Positions 1-9,660 of a stretch of 64,000 nucleotides of DNA are shown here, piece by piece (positions within the stretch are counted from its first letter, which is position 1; each line of letters begins with the position of its first letter). The translations under genes and the position numbers were made by a program. The stretch spans positions 6,688-70,687 of the forward strand of contig DAOUAL010000065.1 of the NCBI GenBank assembly GCA_034433515.1, given 5' to 3'. Under the pieces are notes generated by a model. The model saw only the letters and a program-made list of their open reading frames with translations. It had not been told where the DNA came from and made no database searches. This DNA comes from Anaerolineae bacterium. Its GTDB lineage: Bacteria > Chloroflexota > Anaerolineae > UBA4142.

Positions 1-1257
1 TCAATGTTCTGGGGCGGCGATGCGTCGTACCTCGATTTTACGAATCCGAAAACCTTCGATTGGTGGAAACACAATGTGCGTGAACAGTTGCTCGAGTACG
101 GCATCATCGGCATCTGGAACGATAACAACGAATACGAAATCTGGGACGATGACGCGCGATGCAACGGTTTTGGCGAAACGGTGCCTGTGGGTCTCGCGCG
201 CCCCTTGCATGCCTTATTGATGGCACGCGCCTCGTACGAAGCGCAACGCGAATTTTATCCGAATGCGCGATTGTATTTGTTGACGCGCTCGGCGTGTCCG
301 GGAACACAACGATACGCGCAAACATGGTCGGGCGACAACTTGTCGTCTTGGGAAACGTTGCAATACAATATTCCGATGGGACTGGGCTTGTCGCTTTCGG
401 GAATGCCTTGCACCGGACACGACATCGGTGGATTCACCGGCTACAAACCATCGCCTGAACTGTTTGTGCGCTGGGTGCAAAATGCCGCGCTGCATCCGCG
501 CTTTGCGATGAACTCGTGGCATCTCGATGGAAGCGTCAACGAACCGTGGATGTATCCCGAGGTCTTGCCGATTATCCGCGAATGGTTCGAGATTCGCTAT
601 CGGTTGATGCCGTACTTGTATGCGCTTTATTTTGAAGCATCGCAAACCGGTCATCCCATCATTCGTCCGCTGGTGTACGAATTTCCGCACGACGAACGCT
701 GTTACATCGAATCGTTCGATTTTATGCTGGGTCCGAATCTGCTCGTTGCTTCGGTATTTGAAGATGGCGTGCGCACACGCCGCGTTTATCTACCCGCAGC
801 GACAGATTGGTACGATTTTTATTCCGGCGAATATCATCGCGGCGGACAAGAAATCGAAATTGATGCGCCGTTGGAACGCATTCCGCTGTTGGTGCGCGCG
901 GGTGGAATGATTCCAATGGGCAAGGCGATGAAATATGTTGGCGCGGAGCCGGATGATTGGCGCCAAGTGTTTGTTTATCCGCACTGCGATGAAGGTCGTG
1001 GCGAATTTACGCTCATCGAAGATGATGGTGTATCGCTCAATTATCGGCACGGCGAGTACGCCCAAGTGCGTTTGAGCGCCGAAGCAACACGTGAAGCGAT
1101 AGCGTTATACGTTGATGTGAGTGGCAATTATCCATTACCGTACGACCATATCGAATTTGTTTTGCCGCGCGGCGAAAATCGGCGCCTTGTGACACGCGGC
1201 AAGGTGTGGACGGATGATCAAGATCGGAAACATATCCAAGTAGATTTGAAGGAGTAG
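1..1257 (+). CDS. Glycoside hydrolase family 31 (alpha-glucosidase/xylosidase-like), C-terminal part; 5' end outside window
   Basis: ORF open to left window edge; GH31 motifs GIWNDNNE, WSGDN..SW, GHDIGGF. Confidence 0.85.
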   Translation, partial: SMFWGGDASYLDFTNPKTFDWWKHNVREQLLEYGIIGIWNDNNEYEIWDDDARCNGFGETVPVGLARPLHALLMARASYEAQREFYPNARLYLLTRSACPGTQRYAQTWSGDNLSSWETLQYNIPMGLGLSLSGMPCTGHDIGGFTGYKPSPELFVRWVQNAALHPRFAMNSWHLDGSVNEPWMYPEVLPIIREWFEIRYRLMPYLYALYFEASQTGHPIIRPLVYEFPHDERCYIESFDFMLGPNLLVASVFEDGVRTRRVYLPAATDWYDFYSGEYHRGGQEIEIDAPLERIPLLVRAGGMIPMGKAMKYVGAEPDDWRQVFVYPHCDEGRGEFTLIEDDGVSLNYRHGEYAQVRLSAEATREAIALYVDVSGNYPLPYDHIEFVLPRGENRRLVTRGKVWTDDQDRKHIQVDLKE

Positions 1258-1263
1258 ATGCCA

Positions 1264-1926
1264 ATGAAATTTTTTCTCGATTCCGCAAAGGTGGACGAAG
1301 TCAAGTACGCGCTGGAAATGTGGAACATTGATGGCGTAACGAGCAATCCGCGCCACGTGCGCCATAGCGGCAAGCCATTTCTCACCGCGATCAATGAAAT
1401 CGGCCGTCTGCTTGCCGGAACGGACAAGACACTTTCGGTCGAAGTGAATCCGCATCACACCGATCCGAAAGCCATGTTCGACGAAGGTGTGAAACTCGCG
1501 GCAATGTGCCCGAACTTTGTCATCAAGCTTCCCGCGACGGAAGCCGGTTTCAAAGCGTTAGCGATGTTGCGCGAAAAAAATATTCGTGTGAATCTCACGC
1601 TGGTTTTTTCGGCGGCGCAAGCACTCCAAGCCGCGCGCCTCGGTGCAATGTACACATCGGTGTTCGTCGGTTGGAAAGAAGCCAACGGCGAAGAGATTTC
1701 GCACCTCGTCGGTGAAATTACGCGCATTTATCGCAACTATGATTTCAAGACCCAGGTTCTGGTGGCCGCGGTTCGCAATGCGCGCCAAATCGTCGAAGCC
1801 GGGATTGCCGGGGCAGACATTGTCACGGCTGGTTTCGACGTGTACAAAGATGCGTTCGATCATCCGTACACGGCGAAAGGTTTGAAATTGTTTAGCGATA
1901 ACTGGGACGCCACCCCGTATCAGTAA
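1264..1926 (+). CDS. Transaldolase / fructose-6-phosphate aldolase family (short type)
   Basis: MKFFLDSAKVDE..GVTSNPRH N-terminus typical of the family; ATG 1264 lies 9 nt after GAAGGAG (ATG 1258 only 3 nt after). Confidence 0.85.
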   Translation: MKFFLDSAKVDEVKYALEMWNIDGVTSNPRHVRHSGKPFLTAINEIGRLLAGTDKTLSVEVNPHHTDPKAMFDEGVKLAAMCPNFVIKLPATEAGFKALAMLREKNIRVNLTLVFSAAQALQAARLGAMYTSVFVGWKEANGEEISHLVGEITRIYRNYDFKTQVLVAAVRNARQIVEAGIAGADIVTAGFDVYKDAFDHPYTAKGLKLFSDNWDATPYQ

Positions 1927-1940
1927 ACGGTGTTCGGCAA

Positions 1941-2037
1941 TCAGTGTTCAGTAAGCAGTGTTCAGTAAGCAGTATTCAGTATTCAGAAACTGTCCCACTG
2001 AATACTGAAAACTGAAAACTACATACTGCATACTGAG
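1941..2037. repeat. Heptamer-periodic tandem array that inverts midway (CAGTGTT/CAGTAAG/CAGTATT then CTGAATA/CTGAAAA); core hairpin 1970-2014
   Basis: Read directly: about 14 units of 7 nt; arms CAGTATTCAGTATTCAG and CTGAATACTGAAAACTG are complementary with 1 mismatch. Confidence 0.8.
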
Positions 2038-2044
2038 GTAACGA

Positions 2045-3406
2045 ATGTCATTCATAAATCCTTCTCCCACTCGCCTCGGTCTGGTTTGTCTGGCTCGTCT
2101 CACATTCGAAGCGCCACTCGCGGAACAATGGTACGCGCAAGCGCGCGCGTTGCTCGGCAAGCTTGACGGCGTGGAATTGTGCGCGATTGAAAAGTTGGTC
2201 ATTGAAACCATTGATGCGGATGCGGCGATTGCAGAGTTGCGCGCGAAACATATTGATGCGCTTGTGATTCTGAGTGGCACGTTTGCGCTCGGTGGACTGG
2301 CGATGCAATTCGCGCAAGCATTCGTGAATATTCCGTTGCTGTTGTGGGCGTGGCAAGAACCCAAAGAGCAAACCGGCAAACTGCGGCTCAACTCGCTCGT
2401 CGGCGTGAATGTCAACGCGAGCAATCTCTACAAACTGGGCCATCGCCCAATGACGCTGTATTCATCACTCGACGATCCGCGTACAGTCGAGACGATTGCC
2501 AAGTTCGCACTCGTCGCCGGCATCGTGCGCGATTTGAAAAATCTGCGTATCGCCTTCATCGGTGGACACGCTACCGGGTTCGATGATCTTGCGGTGGACA
2601 AACTCAACTTGCGGCGCGCAACAGGTGTCCAAGTCGTTGATGTCGGTTTGCAAATTCTCGTCGCAAAAGCCAAGGCGGTGGCGGAAGAGCGTGCGCACGC
2701 CGAGTCGGTGAACTTGCTCAAGCAATTTGATGATGTCGTTGAAATTGGTGCGCGGCAAGGTGATTTGTTCGCCGCGCTCGTCATCGCGCTCACCGAATTT
2801 GCGCACGAAAACAAATTCGGTGCGATGACGCTAAAATGCTGGGGCGACTTGGTCGAAGCGTACGGCATCGCGGGCTGTGGCGTCGTTTCGATTCTGAATG
2901 ATCGCGGCATTTATACCGGCTGCGAAGGCGATATTATGGGCACAATCACAACACTCATCGCGCGCCGAATGACCGGCGTTCATCCATTCCTCACCGATTT
3001 TGTTGCGGTGGATCGTGACACGAACACTGGATTGATGTGGCACGGCGGTTGCGCGCCTATCGGGCTCGCCGACCCGCAACAGCCAAAGCATTTGTTCTCG
3101 CATTTCGCCGGCGGCAAGGGTGTAACGGCGGGGTTCGGACTCAAGCCGGGTCGCGTAACCTTGTTGCGCTTGGGCGATGATGGACGCAACTTGCGGATGC
3201 TCGCGACTACGGCGACTGCACTCGAAACCGAAATGGAAGTGCGCGGCACACTCTCACGCGTCAAGTTCGATAAAGATGGAATGGAATTTCTCAACGAAAT
3301 TCTGAACAATGGCTGGGAACATCATCTCGTGATGGCATACGGCGAAATTCTGCCCGAGTTGGAAATGCTGGCAAGGGCAATGCGAATTCCTTTGACAGTA
3401 AAATAA
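2045..3406 (+). CDS. L-fucose/L-arabinose isomerase family protein
   Basis: 453-aa ORF; C-terminal half (CEGDIMGT, MWHGGC, HHLVMAYG) resembles fucose-isomerase C domain; GAGG 7 nt upstream of ATG. Confidence 0.6.
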   Translation: MSFINPSPTRLGLVCLARLTFEAPLAEQWYAQARALLGKLDGVELCAIEKLVIETIDADAAIAELRAKHIDALVILSGTFALGGLAMQFAQAFVNIPLLLWAWQEPKEQTGKLRLNSLVGVNVNASNLYKLGHRPMTLYSSLDDPRTVETIAKFALVAGIVRDLKNLRIAFIGGHATGFDDLAVDKLNLRRATGVQVVDVGLQILVAKAKAVAEERAHAESVNLLKQFDDVVEIGARQGDLFAALVIALTEFAHENKFGAMTLKCWGDLVEAYGIAGCGVVSILNDRGIYTGCEGDIMGTITTLIARRMTGVHPFLTDFVAVDRDTNTGLMWHGGCAPIGLADPQQPKHLFSHFAGGKGVTAGFGLKPGRVTLLRLGDDGRNLRMLATTATALETEMEVRGTLSRVKFDKDGMEFLNEILNNGWEHHLVMAYGEILPELEMLARAMRIPLTVK

Positions 3407-3410
3407 AAAT

Positions 3411-3435
3411 GCCGTCAGTGGTTGCCACGGACGGC
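3411..3435. other. GC-rich hairpin just after isomerase stop; possible bidirectional terminator
   Basis: GCCGTCAGTGG-TTG-CCACGGACGGC, 10 bp with one A.G mismatch; A/T-rich run on the 5' side (U-tract if read on minus strand), none on plus strand. Confidence 0.4.
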
Positions 3436-3632
3436 AGAGCATCGTTTCACCAAAGGTCTTTGAACTCTTCGTTTATGCAAACTGGCGATATAGCCACGAA
3501 TAGCATCCGCAATCATTTCTGGGCTTCCTCGAAGGTTTGTCCTTCGGCGTTGCACCCAGGTAATGCGGGAACCGAAACGACGTAACTGCCGTCGGGTGGC
3601 TTTTCATAGACAACGGTAAAATTATACGCCAT
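3415..3632 (-). pseudogene. HicB-family antitoxin-like gene, apparently frameshifted in an A-run
   Basis: MAYNFTVVYEKPPDGSYVVSVPALPGCNAEGQTFEEAQK stops at 3513-3515. The adjacent frame continues MIADAIRGYIASLHK.. to TGA 3415-3417. One extra A in AAA 3516-3518 would fuse them. Confidence 0.55.
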
Positions 3633-3717
3633 TGAGACTTTCGTCTGGACATAGTAGGCCTTCTTGCCTCCCGCTTGTGAACTGCAATTATTATAACCGA
3701 GTTTGAAAACAAACGCG

Positions 3718-6700
3718 ATGATAAACCCAAGTTGGCTCTTTCTCGCCCTCTGCGCGTTCCAAACCGCGCTCATCTACTATCAACATTTCACGCCATTCGA
3801 GCGAGAAAACAATTTCCTTTCGATTGGATGGGGCGCCAAAAGTACGCCGCGCTTTTGGGCAATCGTCCTATTCGATATTTGCCTCGGCTTGCTTTTTTAT
3901 TTGCTCGTGCTCAGTGTGCTCCCAGCCGCACTGAACGATTCGGCAACCGCGCGCTTTTGGCGTGTCCTGCCCGTGTGGATTTTTGCGTCGCTCCTTATCT
4001 CGCTTTGGCATTATCATTTCAATCGCACCGTCATCCTCTTTCCGCGTTACGGCGTCATTGCACGACGACTCGTGTGGCTCTTTGGATTTGGTCTGGTCAT
4101 TGTTGCGGTGTTGCTTTACATCGTCGCGCTGGCGGCGATGCCGAACGTGTCGCTTGCCTTGACAGCATGGCGCATATCGTTCGTCCAAATTTTTCCGATG
4201 GCATTGCTCATTGCGCTTGTCATCTTTTTTGTGCGCGCATTCGCGTTTCTCTTACGTGTCATTCCTGGCATTGGCTCCTTCCTACACGCAGCCGTGTCAA
4301 CTTTTGCCGTTGTGTGGACAATGCAACAGTACGGTTGGTTGATGAGCCACACTGCACCGATGGGGTTCGCAGATAGCGAAAGAATGATTACACCGATTAT
4401 TGTTGTCGCCGTGATTGCAATGTGGTTCGTGTGGCGCGCGCCTAGCGCAGAGAAAAACGATGATGCCGTTGAGCCGCCGTCGCTGGTGCTTGACTGCCGA
4501 CCGCCGACCGCCGACCGTGAGGTTCGCGCAACGTTGACTGATAATGGCGCAATACTCGCATCGCCCAACGTCCGTGTTGAAGTAACACGCGCGCCGTTTG
4601 GCGTCATTGTGAAAAACGCGCAAGGCGAAAAGTTGTGGCAACTCGCGGAGAAGGGATTATCGCGCGCTTGGATCATCCAGAAAATCATTTCGATCCCACT
4701 GCTCTACACCGGCAACACGATCAAGATGAACCTGGGAGCGCTCGGGCGACCCATCCATCAAGTCGAAAAAATCAAAGCGGACGCTCAGGCACTATGCCTC
4801 ACGTTTCGCGGCGGATTGCTACGCTTGTCGTTTTACGATTCAAATATTCTCCGCATCGAATTCAAACATTCGTCATCCGTCCTTCGTCATTCGGCGATTT
4901 CATTCAGTATTCCCGACGATTCCCACATCCTGGGTCTCGGTCAACGCTTCAACAAAGTTGACCAACGCGGCGAACAATCGTATTTCTTTGTCGAAGAAGG
5001 TGGCGTGGGGTACGAGTGGATGAAAAATCGTTTACCGATTCTTTATCCAATCTTCAGGCGTTGGTTCGGCGCGCGCGGCTCGTTTCCGAATGGTGAACAA
5101 TGCACCGGCTTTCCGGTTCCGTTTGCACTCGTCGCGCGCGAGTGTGGCGCGAGCGTTGGTTTGTTTTGGAACACGTACAAGCCCTCTTGGTTCCAATCCG
5201 ACCGCCGACCGCAGACAGCCGACGGCGGTCAGCGGTCAGCCGTCAGCCGTCTCACAATTTTAGACAACCAATTTGATTTGTTCTTGTGTGCTGGCCCCCA
5301 ACCCATTGACGTGATTCAACAATACACGGCACTCACCGGTCGCAGTAACACGCCGCCGGCGTGGGCGTTCCTGCCATGGAAGACAAACACGGGCGCGGTC
5401 GTGCAAGACGATGTGCTGACGGACATTCGCAAATTCCGCGAACTCGAAATTCCGCTGGCGCAAGTGGGCATTGAACATTGGCAAGCGGTGCGCGGCTCGT
5501 ACGAATTTGCCAAACAATGGTGGCACGACATTGACGGGCTGATCAAGACGGCGCGCGACAACGGCTACAAGGTTCACATCTGGCATTTTCCGTATATGAA
5601 TGCCGGGTCAGCCACACACGACGAGGGTCTGCAAAAAGGATATTTTGTGCGCAATCGCCTAGGCTTGCCCTATCATCAACGTATCTTTCACGGTATCGCC
5701 GCTGTGATTGATTACACCAATCCGCGCGCGTCGGCGTGGCACGAAAAAATCGTTGCGCAAACTTTTCACGCGCGCGGCATTCACGCAGTAATGACCGATT
5801 ACGCCGAATCCATTCCTCCCGATGCTGTGTTCTATAACGGCGCGTCCGGTCTCGCCATGCGCAATGCCTATCCGGTGATGTACGTGCGTGCGATGCAACG
5901 CGCCGCGAGAAGCATATTGGGCGATAATCATTTGCTTTATCCGCGCGCGGGTTATGCGGGTTCGCAACGCTTCGTTGCCGCGCAATGGCCCGGCGATCAA
6001 GATACGGATTGGGACGAGGGCGATGGTTTACCCGCCGCCGTACGCGCGATGATCAACGCTTCGATCTGTGGCTTTCCGGTTCACGGTTCCGACATCGGCG
6101 GGTGGTACGATTGGTTCGCGCCGATCACGACGAAAGAATTGTACATTCGTTGGGCCGAAGTGGGATGCTATTCGCCGTTGATGCGCGCGCACGGCGGACC
6201 GATCGGGCGCAATCGCGAGCCGTGGAAATTCGATGACGAAACGGTGGAGATTTATCGCGCCTTGTCGCAAGAGCACGTCAAATTGTTTCCGTACTTTTAT
6301 TCGCTGTCGAAACAAGCAACGCGCGACGGCACACCAATCATTCGTCATCCTGCGTTGATCTGGAGCGATTGTGCCGAGTTGTATGCCATCGAAGATTCGT
6401 GGCTGATTGGGGATGCGCTCTACGTCGCGCCGGTGATTCGGCACGGACAGACCCAGCGCGAGGTGATTTTGCCGCCCGGCGATTGGTGGGCGCTGAACGA
6501 AAACAAACCCGTGCGCGGATTATCGCGTCTCGTTGTCAACGCACCGCTGGGCAAAACGCCGATCTTTTTACGACGCGGCTTTATCGTTCCGCGATTCGTG
6601 AAATCGTTCGACACGTTTGACAGGGTGCCAACCGCAAAAGTCGGCTCACTTGACGACGCCATCGAAGCGTGGATTTATCCGAGCGAGACCCAAGCATCGT

Positions 6701-6783
6701 TTGAATTGTTTGATGGAACAAAAATCGTAGAAGGAGAACAACCCAGGAATCGAAAAATAGAGTGGAAGGTTTTCAAATCATAA
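3718..6783 (+). CDS. Membrane-anchored GH31 glycoside hydrolase (N-terminal ~7-TM domain + GH31 catalytic domain)
   Basis: ORF 3703..6783 (ATG at 3718); about 250 aa of hydrophobic helices, then GH31 motifs [26 protein letters not shown]. Confidence 0.8.
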   Translation: MINPSWLFLALCAFQTALIYYQHFTPFERENNFLSIGWGAKSTPRFWAIVLFDICLGLLFYLLVLSVLPAALNDSATARFWRVLPVWIFASLLISLWHYHFNRTVILFPRYGVIARRLVWLFGFGLVIVAVLLYIVALAAMPNVSLALTAWRISFVQIFPMALLIALVIFFVRAFAFLLRVIPGIGSFLHAAVSTFAVVWTMQQYGWLMSHTAPMGFADSERMITPIIVVAVIAMWFVWRAPSAEKNDDAVEPPSLVLDCRPPTADREVRATLTDNGAILASPNVRVEVTRAPFGVIVKNAQGEKLWQLAEKGLSRAWIIQKIISIPLLYTGNTIKMNLGALGRPIHQVEKIKADAQALCLTFRGGLLRLSFYDSNILRIEFKHSSSVLRHSAISFSIPDDSHILGLGQRFNKVDQRGEQSYFFVEEGGVGYEWMKNRLPILYPIFRRWFGARGSFPNGEQCTGFPVPFALVARECGASVGLFWNTYKPSWFQSDRRPQTADGGQRSAVSRLTILDNQFDLFLCAGPQPIDVIQQYTALTGRSNTPPAWAFLPWKTNTGAVVQDDVLTDIRKFRELEIPLAQVGIEHWQAVRGSYEFAKQWWHDIDGLIKTARDNGYKVHIWHFPYMNAGSATHDEGLQKGYFVRNRLGLPYHQRIFHGIAAVIDYTNPRASAWHEKIVAQTFHARGIHAVMTDYAESIPPDAVFYNGASGLAMRNAYPVMYVRAMQRAARSILGDNHLLYPRAGYAGSQRFVAAQWPGDQDTDWDEGDGLPAAVRAMINASICGFPVHGSDIGGWYDWFAPITTKELYIRWAEVGCYSPLMRAHGGPIGRNREPWKFDDETVEIYRALSQEHVKLFPYFYSLSKQATRDGTPIIRHPALIWSDCAELYAIEDSWLIGDALYVAPVIRHGQTQREVILPPGDWWALNENKPVRGLSRLVVNAPLGKTPIFLRRGFIVPRFVKSFDTFDRVPTAKVGSLDDAIEAWIYPSETQASFELFDGTKIVEGEQPRNRKIEWKVFKS
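4491..4518. repeat. In-frame heptamer array (TGACTGC CGACCGC CGACCGC CGACCGT) inside GH31 gene
   Basis: Read directly; encodes [10 protein letters not shown] at the junction of membrane and GH31 domains. Confidence 0.75.
5198..5253. repeat. In-frame heptamer array with inverted halves (CCGACCG x2.. then CGGTCAG x2..) inside GH31 gene
   Basis: 8 units of 7 nt; arms 5198-5211 and 5226-5239 pair at 12/14; encodes [17 protein letters not shown]. Confidence 0.75.
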
Positions 6784-6829
6784 ATCATAAATCTGAAATC
6801 TGAAATCTGAAATCTGAAATCTCAAATTC
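6773..6829. repeat. Tandem heptamer array (TCAAATC, ATAAATC x2, TGAAATC x4, TCAAATT)
   Basis: Read directly; spans the GH31 stop codon and ends 5 nt before RBS AAGGAGG of the next gene. Confidence 0.9.
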
Positions 6830-6842
6830 TATAAGGAGGACT

Positions 6843-7127
6843 ATGGCTCACGCCATTCTCTTGCACGAACCGAACGACGATGTAGGGGTGGCTGTTCGGG
6901 ACCTGAAGAAAGGCGAATCCGTTGGCGCGGTGACGCTCGAAGGGAAATTCGTCGCCGATGTGAAACTCGTTGACGATGTGCCGCTTGGGCACAAGGTCGC
7001 AATGAAAGATATGGCGCCCGGCAAGGATGTGATCGAGTACAATCGGGTCATTGGTGTGGCTACGCAAGCTGTGCTGCGTGGCTCGCACGTGCACACGCAC
7101 AATCTTAGAACCAAGAGGTGGAAATAA
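6843..7127 (+). CDS. UxaA-family sugar-acid dehydratase, small N-terminal (SAF-domain) subunit
   Basis: 94 aa; [14 protein letters not shown]...PLGHKVA...HVHTHN pattern of altronate/galactarate dehydratase N-domain; RBS AAGGAGG. Confidence 0.8.
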   Translation: MAHAILLHEPNDDVGVAVRDLKKGESVGAVTLEGKFVADVKLVDDVPLGHKVAMKDMAPGKDVIEYNRVIGVATQAVLRGSHVHTHNLRTKRWK

Positions 7128-8293
7128 TGATCAAGCCCCAAGACCTTAAACTGACCGGCTATCGGCGTCCTGATGGACGCTTTGGCGCACGCAATCATGT
7201 CCTCATCATCCCGGTAGATGACATTTCGAACGCCGCTGCGGAAGGCGTGGCGCGTCTCATCAAGGGGACGATGGCGCTGCCGCATCCGTACGGTCGCTTG
7301 CAATTCGGCGCAGATTTGGAGTTGACGTTCCGCACGCTCGCGGGCCAAGGTCGCAATCCGAACTGTGCGGCAGCAATCGTCATCGGCATCGAGCCGAATT
7401 GGACCGAACGCATCGTCAAAGAAATTGCCAAGACCGGCAAGCCGGTCGCAGGATTCAGCATTGAACGTGCCGGCGATCTGAAAACAATCGAAGCCGCGGC
7501 ACGCAAGGCAAAAGACTTGGTTCAGTATGCTACGGAACTCCAGCGCGAACCGTTCACGGTCAAGGACCTGGTAATGTCCACCAAGTGTGGTGAATCGGAC
7601 ACGACTTCGGGACTCGCCTCGAACCCGACGGTGGGGCGTGTGTTTGAACGACTGGCGGACGCAGGCGCTAAATTGATCTTTGGCGAGACGACCGAGGTGA
7701 CCGGCGGCGAAGACATCATTATGGAAAAATGTGTCACGCCAGAAATCGCCGCGCAGTTCAAAGCCGCGTTCGACGATTATCAACATCTCATCGAAAGTCA
7801 AGGCGTGTCATTGTTGGGGTCGCAACCCACCGAAGGAAATATTCGTGGGGGACTCACCACCATCGAAGAAAAAGCGTTGGGCAACATCCAAAAAGCCGGG
7901 CGCTGCACGATTGTGGATTTTTTGAAACCGGCAGAAGAACCGCGCAAACCGGGGTTGTCGTTTATGGACTCGTCGTCTGCCGCCGCTGAAATGGTGACGC
8001 TGTGTGCCGCCGCCGGTTCCATCGTCCACTTTTTTACAACCGGGCAAGGTAATGTCATCGGCAATCCGGTGATTCCGGTGATCAAGTTGTCCGCGAACCC
8101 ACTCACCGTTGCGACGATGTCGGAGCACATTGATGTTGATTTGACCGCGATGCTCCGCATTGAAATGACTCTCGATCAAGCGGCAGACGCCGCACTGTTG
8201 ATGCTCGAAAAAACGATCAACGGTCGCCTGACGGCGGCTGAAGTGTTGCGGCACGACGAGTTTGTGTTGACCAAACTGTATCGCAGCGCATAG
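7127..8293 (+). CDS. UxaA-family sugar-acid dehydratase, large subunit
   Basis: ORF 7118..8293; ATG 7127 overlaps stop of small subunit (TAATG); [31 protein letters not shown] typical of UxaA C domain. Confidence 0.8.
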   Translation: MIKPQDLKLTGYRRPDGRFGARNHVLIIPVDDISNAAAEGVARLIKGTMALPHPYGRLQFGADLELTFRTLAGQGRNPNCAAAIVIGIEPNWTERIVKEIAKTGKPVAGFSIERAGDLKTIEAAARKAKDLVQYATELQREPFTVKDLVMSTKCGESDTTSGLASNPTVGRVFERLADAGAKLIFGETTEVTGGEDIIMEKCVTPEIAAQFKAAFDDYQHLIESQGVSLLGSQPTEGNIRGGLTTIEEKALGNIQKAGRCTIVDFLKPAEEPRKPGLSFMDSSSAAAEMVTLCAAAGSIVHFFTTGQGNVIGNPVIPVIKLSANPLTVATMSEHIDVDLTAMLRIEMTLDQAADAALLMLEKTINGRLTAAEVLRHDEFVLTKLYRSA

Positions 8294-8303
8294 TGCGAAC
8301 CAA

Positions 8304-8341
8304 GACCGAGGACGGATGACCGCATAAATCTGTCCTCGGTC
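8304..8341. other. Intergenic hairpin (10-bp perfect stem GACCGAGGAC/GTCCTCGGTC, 18-nt loop)
   Basis: Read directly between uxaA-like and larA-like genes. Confidence 0.5.
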
Positions 8342-8353
8342 AAGATTCTTCAA

Positions 8354-9601
8354 ATGACCGTATATCAAATTCCGTACGGCAAAACCCAAATCGAATGTGC
8401 GATTCCCGATTCGTTTGAGGTTCAAGTTCTGAAACCAGCGCCAATTCCGCCGGCAACCGATCCGATGCGCGCGGTGTACGATGCCATTGATGCGTCGGAC
8501 TTGGCCGATTTCAAACAGGCAAACGCGGTGGCGATTGCAATCAACGACAAGACGCGCCCGGTGCCGCTGGAAATTTTGGTGCCGCCGCTCTTGCGACGCC
8601 TCCGCGAAATCGGCATTGCCGACAACGCGATCACGTTTATCGTTGCCGTTGGCACGCACGCACCGATGGCAGAAAAAGAATTTGCTGATTTGCTTCCGCC
8701 GGAAATTCTTGCACGCTATCACGTCGTCACGCATGATGGCGATGATAGTGCAAATCTGATGTATTTGGGCAACACATCGCGCGGGACGCCAGTGTGGTGC
8801 AATAAAATCTTTGCTCAAGCCGATTTGCGAATTTCAATCGGCAATCTGGAGCCGCATCAGTTCGTTGGATTTTCCGGCGGTGTCAAAACGGCGGCAATCG
8901 GGTTGGCGGGACGCGAAACAGTGACGCACAATCATTCGATGATGCTTGACCCGCGTGCGAATATCGCACGCTATGACGATAACCCGGTGCGGCAGGACAT
9001 CGAAGAGATCGGCAAGATGATGGGCGTGCATTTCGCGTTGAACGCGGTCATCAACGAGAACAAGCAAATCGTCGCGGTGCTGGCGGGCGATCCGCGCGGG
9101 GTGATGCAGCGCGGGATTCCAATCGTTCTCGATTTGTATCAAGTGAAGGTTGATGCGCCATTCGATTTGGTGATCACGTCGCCGGGCGGACATCCCAAAG
9201 ACATCAATCTATATCAAGCGCAAAAAGCGTTAGCGCACGCAACGTTCGTTACAAAAGAAAATGGCACGGTGATTTTGTGCGCCGCGTGTCCCGAGGGCAC
9301 GGGCAGTAAACATTATGAAGACTGGATCGCCGATAAAACCTCGCACGCGCAAGTGCTCGAAACGTTCAAACGCGAAGGGTATCGTCTTGGCGCGCACAAG
9401 GCGTTTCAAATTTCGCGCGATGCCTCACGCGAGCGCGTGTTGTTCGTAACAACGATGAAGCCGGATTTGGTGCGGCAATTGTTGTTAACGCTGTTGGCCA
9501 GTCTTGATGATGCACTATCGGTTGCGCTGCGCGATTTGCCGGCGAATGCACGCATCGGCATTCTGCCATACGCGAATACGACGATTCCGATGTTGAGGTA
9601 A
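8354..9601 (+). CDS. larA: LarA-family nickel-pincer-dependent 2-hydroxyacid racemase/epimerase (DUF2088)
   Basis: 415 aa; INDKTRPVP, AVGTHAPM, SPGGHPKDINLYQAQKAL motifs characteristic of LarA. Confidence 0.8.
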   Translation: MTVYQIPYGKTQIECAIPDSFEVQVLKPAPIPPATDPMRAVYDAIDASDLADFKQANAVAIAINDKTRPVPLEILVPPLLRRLREIGIADNAITFIVAVGTHAPMAEKEFADLLPPEILARYHVVTHDGDDSANLMYLGNTSRGTPVWCNKIFAQADLRISIGNLEPHQFVGFSGGVKTAAIGLAGRETVTHNHSMMLDPRANIARYDDNPVRQDIEEIGKMMGVHFALNAVINENKQIVAVLAGDPRGVMQRGIPIVLDLYQVKVDAPFDLVITSPGGHPKDINLYQAQKALAHATFVTKENGTVILCAACPEGTGSKHYEDWIADKTSHAQVLETFKREGYRLGAHKAFQISRDASRERVLFVTTMKPDLVRQLLLTLLASLDDALSVALRDLPANARIGILPYANTTIPMLR

Positions 9602-9616
9602 ATGAACTGAGATGTG

Positions 9617-9650
9617 AAAAAAAGAGCGGAGAGAAGATTTCTCTCCGCTC
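9617..9650 (-). terminator. Rho-independent terminator after hdrA-like gene (possibly bidirectional with larA)
   Basis: GAGCGGAGAGAA-GAT-TTCTCTCCGCTC, 12-bp stem; followed on minus strand by a 7-U tract (plus-strand A7 at 9617-9623). Confidence 0.75.
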
Positions 9651-9660
9651 AAATGTTAAG

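Noticed and set aside
1941-2037. Possible CRISPR arrays (this locus and the other short tandem arrays)
   Set aside because: The units are only 7-9 nt, directly abutting with no spacers. No cas genes are present. The arrays are simple tandem and inverted repeats.
6848-8818. Two long minus-strand ORFs (317 and 336 aa)
   Set aside because: They are antisense to the uxaA-like and larA-like genes, which carry clear family motifs and RBSs. The antisense products are Arg-rich with no recognisable domains.
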